From: Alphaproteobacteria bacterium
GTDB lineage: Bacteria > Pseudomonadota > Alphaproteobacteria > MPNO01 > UBA830
Direction: 5' to 3'
Assembly (NCBI GenBank): GCA_038131485.1
Contig: JAYPPO010000010.1
Location: forward strand, 521 to 64,520
Length of the DNA: 64,000 bases
Below are positions 56,242-64,000 of this stretch, piece after piece. The position numbers and the translations under genes were made by a program. The first letter of the stretch is position 1; each line of letters opens with the position of its first letter. Below the pieces are notes generated by a model that had not been told where the DNA came from, ran no database searches, and saw only the letters and a program-made list of their open reading frames with translations.

Positions 56242-57255
56242 TTGAACCTGTGGACGCGCTCTGCTACGCAGGACGCTTCTGGCGAGGGCCGCAGTCGGGC
56301 CGCGCCGCCGCCGACTTCGGGAAAACTGTTCGTGTCCAACACTCTCGGCGAGGGCTATTCGCCGACACTGAACAACGTGAAGGGCATCCTGTGGATGCTC
56401 GCGGCGGTCACGACGCTGACGCTTATGTTTGTCTTCATCAAGCAGATGACGCTGGAGCTCCCGGTGTTCGTCGTGGCGATCTTCAGAACCTTCTTCGCCC
56501 TGCTGATGCTGACGCCTTGGCTGATACGGAACGGCCACGCGGGCGTCCGCACCAATCGAATCGGATTCCACTTCATCCGCTCGTTCTGCGGCATTGCCGC
56601 ATTCGTATGCCTCGTCTTTGCGCTCGAGCACCTGATCCTTGCAGACGCAATGGTGCTTGCGTTCACGTCGCCGTTCTTCTCGATCCTGATCTCGGTGTTG
56701 GTGTTGGGCGAGATTATCCGGGGCCGCCGGATCGTGGCGACGGTCATCGGCTTCTGCGGCGTCATCATGATCGTTAAGCCGCAGGGCGGCATCGAGCCCG
56801 CGATGCTGCTAGCGCTGACCGCAGCGATGCTGACATCTGTCGCGATGATCTCGATGAAGAAGTTGTCGGCGACCGAACCGCCCACGCGCATCGTCTTCTA
56901 CTTTATGATGTTCGGCACGCTCATCCTGCTGCCCGGCGCGATCTGGACTTGGCAAATGCCAAACCTTGAGCAGTTCGTCTGGCTACTCGGCGCCGGCATT
57001 CTCGGCGCGGTAGGCCAGGATTTTCTTGCGCGAGCCTACGACGCCGGCGAGGTAAGCATCGTCGCACCGTTCGATTTTGTGCGCCTGCCAATCGCCGCCC
57101 TGTTCGGCTTCCTGATCTTCGCCGAGGTTCCCGACGTCTGGTCGATCTCAGGAACTGCCGTGATCATCGCGTCCGCCATCTACCTGATGCGGCGCGGCGC
57201 CCGCGAACAGAAGGAAGCGCGCGCGGCGGCGAAGGCCAAGCCCCCGCCTGCATAG
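56242..57255 (+). CDS. DMT/EamA family transporter
   Basis: About 10 TM helices, LAFTSPFF, VLGE, APFDFVRL; start may be GTG at 56332. Confidence 0.88.
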   Translation: MNLWTRSATQDASGEGRSRAAPPPTSGKLFVSNTLGEGYSPTLNNVKGILWMLAAVTTLTLMFVFIKQMTLELPVFVVAIFRTFFALLMLTPWLIRNGHAGVRTNRIGFHFIRSFCGIAAFVCLVFALEHLILADAMVLAFTSPFFSILISVLVLGEIIRGRRIVATVIGFCGVIMIVKPQGGIEPAMLLALTAAMLTSVAMISMKKLSATEPPTRIVFYFMMFGTLILLPGAIWTWQMPNLEQFVWLLGAGILGAVGQDFLARAYDAGEVSIVAPFDFVRLPIAALFGFLIFAEVPDVWSISGTAVIIASAIYLMRRGAREQKEARAAAKAKPPPA

Positions 57256-57264
57256 CCCTGCCGC

Positions 57265-58430
57265 CTATCTTTTCGAGATCGGCTTCACGTTGCGCTGCTT
57301 GACGCCGGTGTAATCGCTTAAGGGTCGGATCAGCGCGTTGTTCGCGTTTTGCTCCAGGATGTGCGCCGCCCAGCCGGTGATGCGGCTAATCACGAAGATC
57401 GGCGTGTACATGTCGATCTCGAAACCCATCAGGTAGTAGGCCGGCCCGGCTGGGAAATCGAGATTGGGGTGGATGCCCTTTTCCCCGATCATTATGTTCT
57501 GCAGCACGTCGGAAATCTCGAGCCACCTGGTATCGCCCTTCCACGCGGCCAGGTCCTCGAGCGCCTTGCGCATAGTGGGGACGCGGGAATCGCCGCTCTT
57601 GTAGACGCGGTGGCCGAAACCCATGACGAGCTGGTTGTTGGCCATCTTGTTCCGCAGCCAAGGTTCGGCCCGCTTGACCGTACGGATTTCCTTAAGATTT
57701 TGCATCACCGCTTCGTTGGCCCCGCCGTGAAGCGGGCCTTTGAGCGAGCCGATGCCGCCGGTGACCGCGCTGTAAATGTCGGAACGCGATGACGTGATGA
57801 CGCGCGCGGTGAAGGTCGACGCGTTGAAGCTATGCTCTGCGTATAAGATCAGCGAGATATCAAAGGCGCGGATGACCTCCTTTGGCGGCACCTCGCCGAA
57901 GCACATGTGGAAAAAGTTTTCCGACATGGAGAGATCCTTGCGCGGCTTCTTGCGCGGCAGGCCCTTCCGGAAGCGATAATCGGTGGCGATCATCGTCGGG
58001 ATCTTGGCGAGCATGTCCATCGCCCGTTCGAGATCCCTCTCGCGCGGCTCTCCGCCCCAGGCTGTGTCCGTGGTGCCGAGATAGCTGACGGACGTGCGCA
58101 ACGTGTCCATCGGATGAGCCTTCCTTGGATACTGCCGAATAACCTCGACATGCGCGCGCGAGAGTCTCGCGGCGGCTGCGCTCGTCGTCGCAGAACTTCT
58201 TTAGCTGGCGGCGGTTCGGCAGCTCGCCGTGCCATCAGGTAGGCCACCTCCTCGAAGCTGCACGTCGCCGCCAGGTCCCACCGCGTAGCCGCGGTAGGTC
58301 AGCGAGTTGGTCTCCGGATCACCTTAGAGACCGACGTCGTGTCGACGGTAACGCCGGCCAGCCCCTTGTATATCGTCGGGCCTTTCGCCGCATTCTTCGT
58401 GCTGCCCTTCTTCGCGGGTTTCCGAGCCAT
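57265..58430 (-). CDS. prpC: 2-methylcitrate synthase (indels in 5' part)
   Basis: IYKGLAGV, NSLTYRGY, YAEHSFNASTF, GPLHGGANE, MGFGHRVY, PNLDFP; downstream of prpB. Confidence 0.88.
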
Positions 58431-59339
58431 CAGTCCCCTCCGTGTCCTTCGGTTCCGAAATTGAAGATGTCCTGGTCGAACTTATTGTAATCCCCGTAGC
58501 GGATGACCTCGTAAAGGCGTGCGCGGGTCTGCATACGATCGACAATGCCCTTCTGCGTGCCCTGCTCCTTGATCGCGGCGAAGCCCTCCTCTACCGCCTT
58601 CATCGACAGGCGCAGCGAGGTGACCGGATAGATCGCGATATTGTAGCCGAGCTTTTCCAGCTCGCTCTTTGTCAGAAGCGGCGTCTTGCCGAATTCGGTT
58701 AGGTTGGCGAGCAGCGGCACGGAGATCGCCTCGCGCACCTTCTCGTATTCCTCCCAGCCCTGCAGCGCCTCGGGGAAGATCGCGTCAGCGCCGGCGTCGA
58801 TATAGGCCTTGCAACGGTCGATCGCGGCATCGAGCCCTTCGGAGGCTCGCGCATCGGTCCGCGCCATCAGCAGGAAGTTCGGATCGCGCTTCGCATCGGA
58901 TGCGGCCCGCAGTTTCATCGTCATCTCGTTTCGGTCGAACGATCGACTTGTTGTCGAGATGCCCGCAGCGCTTCGGGTTCACCTGGTCTTCGAGGTGGCA
59001 GCCCGCGAGGCCGAGTTCCCAGCCCTGCACGGTACGCGCCGCGCTCATCGGTTCGCTGAAGCCGGTATCGACGTCGATCAGCGCCGGAAGCTCGGTCACG
59101 CGGGCGATCTGACGGCCGCGCTGCGTCACCTCTGACAGCGTCGTGAGCCCGATATCGGGCAGCCCCATCTCGGCCGACAGTGCGGCTCCGGAGATGTAGA
59201 TGCCGTCGAAGCCCTGCTCCTCGATGATGAGCGATACGATCGGCGCATGCGCGCCCGGCATCTGCAGCAGCCTGCCGGAGGCCAACGCGGCGCGGAAATC
59301 GGCGCGTTTCTCGGCGGCGGTCTTCTTGGCGAAGAGCAT
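58430..59339 (-). CDS. prpB: Methylisocitrate lyase (one indel)
   Basis: GLPDIGLTT, LEDQVNPKRCGHL, ARTDA, IFPEAL, ANLTEFGKT. Confidence 0.92.
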
Positions 59340-59351
59340 CGCGGCGTCTCC

Positions 59352-60847
59352 CTAGAAAATCCCGCGATCGTCGCGGGCGGCGAAATCGAGCGCCGCGGCA
59401 TTGAGCGTGACATGCAGCTCGCCGAGTTCGCCGGCACTTAGATCGGGCAGTTTCTGGACCGTGTCGAGGAAGCGAATACGCTCAGAATTTGTGACAATAT
59501 CTTCCGTCAAGATGTTGAATTTATTGATATAATTCTCACGCGCAAACGGCCGCGCGCCGGCCGGGTGCGCATCTGCCACCGCCAGCTCGTCCTGAAGCAC
59601 CGTGCCGTCCTTCATCGTTATGACTACGCGGCCGCCGAAGGCGCGTTGATTGGGATCGGTGTGGTGATAGCGCTCGGTCCACTTCGGATCCTCGACGGTA
59701 GAAATCTTGTGCAGCAGCGCCACCGTGTCGGGCGCTGCCGCGCTCCGACGCATAGGAACGCATGCGGTGCCACGCCTGGTCCTGGAGCGACGGCGAAGAT
59801 GTACATGATCGAATGGTCGAGCGTCTCGCGGCTCGCCCTCGGGTCCATCTTCCGGATCGCCCGCGCCGGTGCCGATGACGTGAGTGTGGTGGCTGGCGTG
59901 GATGACGACGCTGTCGACCGCGTCGAAATCCTTGACCTGCCCGCCCATCTTGCGCGCGAGATCGATCAGCGCCTGGCTCTGATATTCGGCCGAATGCTCC
60001 TTGGTGTAGGTCTCGAGGATGGCTCGCTTGGCCTCCCCGGTCCAGGCAGCGGCACGGGTGTAGTTCGCGTCCGGCCCGTCGAGCACCCAGGCGATCACGC
60101 TGTCCTCCGCCTCTTAGATCGGCGACGGCGCGCCCTCGCCCCGCATGCAGCGGTCCACCGCCTCGATCGCGAGCTTGCCCGCGTGCGCCGGCGCATAGGC
60201 CTTCCAACTCGAAATCTCGCCCTTGCGCGATTGGCGCGTCGACACCGTCACGTGCAGCGCCTGCTGGACTGCCTGGTAGATCGTCTCCGTGCCGAGGCCG
60301 AGCAGCGTGCCGATGCCGGCCGCCGCCGATGGGCCAAGATGCGCGATATGGTCGATCTTGTGCTCGTGCAGGCAGATGCCCTTAACGAGATCGACCTGAT
60401 CTCATAGCCGGTCGCGATGCCGCGCACGAGATCTGGCCCGAGCGGCCCTTCTGCTGCGCGACCGCAAGTACTGGCGGAATGTTGTCGCCCGGATGCGAAT
60501 AGTCTGCCGCAAGGAAAGTGTCATGATAATCGAGCTCGCGCACCGCGGTCCCGTTCGCCCATGCGGCCCACTCTGCCGAGAAACGTTGCTCCTGCGGCAT
60601 GCCAACACCGTCGCGCCGCCGGCGCGCGGATGACAGATCGCCATAGCGCGGGCGTTCGCGACCGGACGGCGTTAACTGACGCCATCGCCACCGACGCGTT
60701 GTCGATGATGCGGTTAATAATCATGTCGGTCACCGCGTCCTCGAAAGCTCGACAGGATCGGAAGCGACGGATGCAATCTTCCAGGCGAGTTGATCCTCGC
60801 GTTTGAGTTCTTGCTTGACGGATAGACCTTAACGGTATGATTTTCAC
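59352..60847 (-). CDS. prpD: 2-methylcitrate dehydratase, MmgE/PrpD family (frameshifted)
   Basis: [61 protein letters not shown]. Confidence 0.9.
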
Positions 60848-61015
60848 TAATTTATGTCTCCGGGCACGGCATCGAAAAGCGCGCCATCATAGCTCACGAC
60901 GCGCGCGCGTCAACGAAGCCCAAGCTCAGGGGCGCTTCGTCTTGCCGCCCCTAAGGGCGTATGATACGCCGGACAGAAAGCGAAGGAACTCGCGCCGCAA
61001 ACTGGAGAAAAATCA

Positions 61016-61681
61016 ATGGCCGACTACGTCCTGCGCCTTTACACCGACGTACTGCGCGAGAAGGCTAGCCTGTCGAGACCGCTGCCCGGCTTGGTCCGCG
61101 CGCTCTATATCTCGAACGGCATGGCGACTGTACATGGTAACGGCACCAGCGCGACGCTGAACGCTAACTCAGCAATCCTCACGACTAGCGACGTCGAGGT
61201 GACAGGGGGCAGCGATGGTGCCCGCATCCTGCGCTACGAGCTGGTTCCTAAGGGCGCGCTGAGGTGCGTGGCTGAGGGCGCCGGCGTCAACTCGATCGCG
61301 AAACTCGCCGCCAAAATTGATCTCGAGCCCGGCGACGGCTACCTGCTGCGCTGCGACCGCGTTGACATTCCGCCGAGCGGCATCGCCTGTCCCCACGTCC
61401 ACCAAGGCCCTGGCATCCGCTGCCTGCTGGAAGGCGGCTTCGTCGTCGAGACGGACGGCAAGACGCACACGATTGCGGCCGGCGAGCCGTGGTTTGAGGC
61501 CGGCCCGATTCCCGTTCTCGCCTGGGCACCAGACGACAAGCCGGGCAACTTCTCGCGCGTGATGATCCTGCCGCGCCGACTCAAAGGCACGTCTTCGATC
61601 TCATACGTAAAGGAGGAGGACAAAGACAAGCCGAAGCGCCAACGCTATACGATCTTCCTCGACGAGTTCATCGAAATCTGA
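61016..61681 (+). CDS. Cupin-fold hypothetical protein
   Basis: Intact ORF after GGAG; RCDRVD.P...A..HVHQGPGIRCLL, PWFE.G, RVMILP. Confidence 0.65.
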   Translation: MADYVLRLYTDVLREKASLSRPLPGLVRALYISNGMATVHGNGTSATLNANSAILTTSDVEVTGGSDGARILRYELVPKGALRCVAEGAGVNSIAKLAAKIDLEPGDGYLLRCDRVDIPPSGIACPHVHQGPGIRCLLEGGFVVETDGKTHTIAAGEPWFEAGPIPVLAWAPDDKPGNFSRVMILPRRLKGTSSISYVKEEDKDKPKRQRYTIFLDEFIEI

Positions 61682-61752
61682 GGACTGCCCCTATCTCTTG
61701 CGGGATAGTGGGGACACCCGCCCTGCCGCCGATGCCCTAGAAGGATAGAAAA

Positions 61753-63455
61753 ATGCCCTCCAACTCTTCTTCAACCCAGGCCTCTTCTAACCTCCGCACT
61801 GGCGGGCAGATCCTCGTCGACTGCTTAAAGCTGCACGGGGTCGACACCGTCTCTCTGCGTGTCGGGCAGAGAGCTATCTCGCGACGCTGGATGCGTTCCA
61901 CGACGCGCAGGACGCTATAAAATTAGTGGTTTGCCGTCAGGAAGGCGGCGTCACCAACATGGCAGACGCTTACGGTAAGATGACCGGCCGGCCGGGCATC
62001 GCGTTCGTCACGCGCGGGCCAGGCGCGACCAACGCTTCGGTCGGCATCCACACCGCGCATCAGGATTCTACTCCATTGATCCTGTTTGTCGGCCAAGTCG
62101 GCCGCGATATGACTGAGCGCGAAGCCTTTCAGGAAGTCGACTACCGCCGCTTCTTCGGCGAAATGACCAAGTGGGTTGCTCAGATCGACAATGCCGAGCG
62201 CATCCCTGAGATGGTGAGCCGCGCGTTCCACGTCGCCACGTCGGGCCGCCCCGGCCCAGTCGTCCTCGCGCTGCCCGAGGACATGCAAAAAGACCGTGCC
62301 GACGCCGAAGACGGCCAGCGCTACAGGTCCGCCCAGGCGCATCCCGGCGCTGACGACATGTCGGCGTTCCGCAACATGCTGGCAGCGGCGAAGAACCCGT
62401 TCCTTCTGGTCGGCGGCGGCGGCTGGTCCGAGGGTGCATGCGCCAACCTCAGGACTTTCGTGGAAAATAACAACCTGCCGGTCGCCGCGGCATTCCGACG
62501 TCAGGACCTGCTCGACAACAGGCACCCGAATTACGCCGGCGTTGTCGGGCTAGGCCTCGATCCCAGGTTGAAGAAGCGCCTCGACGAGACCGACCTGCTG
62601 ATCGCGCTTGGCCCGCAGCTCGGCGAAATCGTCACCGGTGGCTACACCTATTTTTCCCTCCCGAGGCCGCGCCAGCCGCTGATCCACATTTCGGCCGGCG
62701 TCGACGAGCTAGGCAAGATTTATCAGGCCGACCTCGCCATTAACGCCGGTATGTCGGAGTTCTGCGCTGCAGCCGCTGCTATGAAGCCGGTCGATGCATC
62801 CGCATGGAAAAAAGAGACCGAGGTGGCGCACGCGGATTATCTCTACTATTCAAGCCCAAAACCAATGCCGGGTGCGGTAAATTATTCCGAGATTGTCTCG
62901 AAGCTAAGCGAGTCGCTACCCGACGACACGATTGTTACCAACGGCGCAGGCAATTACACCGTCTGGGTCCACCGCTTCTGGCGCTACAAGAAGTACGGCA
63001 CCCAGCTCGCGCCGCAGTCGGGCGCAATGGGCTACGGAGTGCCGTCGGGAACAGCCGCGGGCTTGCGATACAAAGACCGGATCGTGCTCTCCTTCAATGG
63101 CGATGGCTGCTTCCAGATGAACGGCCAGGAGATCGGCACCGCCGTGCAAGAAGGCGCGAAGACGATATTCATCGTCATAAACAATGGCATCTACGGCACC
63201 ATCCGCATGCATCAGGAACGCGAATACCCAAAGCGCGTCTCTGGCACCCACCTCCACAACCCCGACTTCGCGGCGCTGGCCCGCGCCTACGGCGCTCACG
63301 GCGAAACCGTTGAGAAGACGGTGGACTTCGACGCCGCCTTTGAGCGTTGCCGAGCGGCTGATGGGCCGAGCCTGATCGAGATTCGGATTGAGTCGGATGC
63401 AGTGCTGCCGACGAATACTCTGTCGGCCATTCAGAAAGCGGCTTTGGGCGATTAA
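61753..63455 (+). CDS. Thiamine pyrophosphate-binding protein, acetolactate synthase-like (indels near 61855)
   Basis: RTGGQILVD, CRQEGG, TRGPGATN, SGAMGYG, GDGCF.M...NNG.YGTI. Confidence 0.92.
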
Positions 63456-63850
63456 ACAAGCCCACCGCGAACGAATTTAGTGCTGAAAAGGATGAATTTC
63501 TTATTCATCGGAAACTCGATGCAACTTCTGCGATCAACCAATTCCGGCTGACGGAGATATTTGAGGGTTTGCGGCGCTCCGACCGAATTGGCAAGAATGG
63601 GCTCAGATAAAAAGCCCCATTTATCGTCGAAATTCATAACTTTTCGGTGGAAACAAAAATAACCGCGGGGCACGCGCCTCCATCCGCATACTCGACGACA
63701 TGATCGTTGCGATGGACCGTGGTGCGCCGATGGCACAGGCAGCAGAATAGGCCGCCACTCCGAACGACACGCCGCATCAATCCGCGCCTTCCCCGACTGC
63801 GCTCGGTTACCTAAGGTAGTCATGCAAAGACAATCGAACAGGACGGCACG

Positions 63851-64000
63851 ATGAAATTCGCACATTTTGCCCATATCTGGGGCAAGCCCGGCATGACGCC
63901 GCACGCGCGCTACGAACAGCTCTGGCGCGAGCTAGAGTTGTGCGATGCGCTGGGTTTCGACTACGGGTTCTGCGTAGAACATCATTTCACACCATACGAG
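63851..64000 (+). CDS. LLM-class flavin-dependent oxidoreductase, N-terminus (truncated by window end)
   Basis: MKFAHFAHIWGKPGMTPHARYEQLWRELELCDALGFDYGFCVEHHF; AGGA upstream. Confidence 0.8.
   Translation, partial: MKFAHFAHIWGKPGMTPHARYEQLWRELELCDALGFDYGFCVEHHFTPYE

Noticed and set aside
63456-63850. Lower-GC 400 nt spacer as an sRNA or small gene
   Set aside because: No convincing start, RBS, terminator or recognisable structure.

Overview
High-GC alphaproteobacterial chromosomal DNA, probably Rhodospirillales-like (tRNA-His keeps G-1/C73; glnB-glnA with a sigma54 promoter; Rrf2-sufBCDSU-sufT-sufA). Sequence quality is uneven. About 1-13, 38.8-43.6 and 52.5-57.9 kb read cleanly. About 13-38, 44-52 and 58-62 kb carry many small indels, even in housekeeping genes (glnA, parE, suf), so I treat those as long-read consensus errors and give approximate gene boundaries there. 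Content in order: F420 genes cofD-cofC; a coupled AbrB-like / APH-fold kinase / atypical enolase / D-2-hydroxyacid dehydrogenase operon; de novo glycine betaine methyltransferases behind a ~10% GC tract; tRNA-His with nearby decaying genes; glnB-glnA; parE; a DEAD-box helicase; SUF; a ~23 kb aromatic/N-heterocycle catabolic region; ald; prpDBC; a TPP enzyme; a partial LLM. The catabolic region has two tandem Rieske alpha subunits with one beta, HpaB-like, LigB-like, DUF1185, enamidase, LLM, DctP, FAD monooxygenase, maleate-isomerase-like, hydantoinase/oxoprolinase AB, class III aminotransferase and aminobenzoate-CoA-ligase-like genes. The best candidates for undescribed biology are the kinase plus altered-active-site enolase operon (2972-7284) and the two-alpha Rieske / HpaB-LigB-enamidase pathway (28389-38778). 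No CRISPR array, rRNA, transposase, integrase or phage gene was recognised. All family calls come from motif recognition, not database searches.
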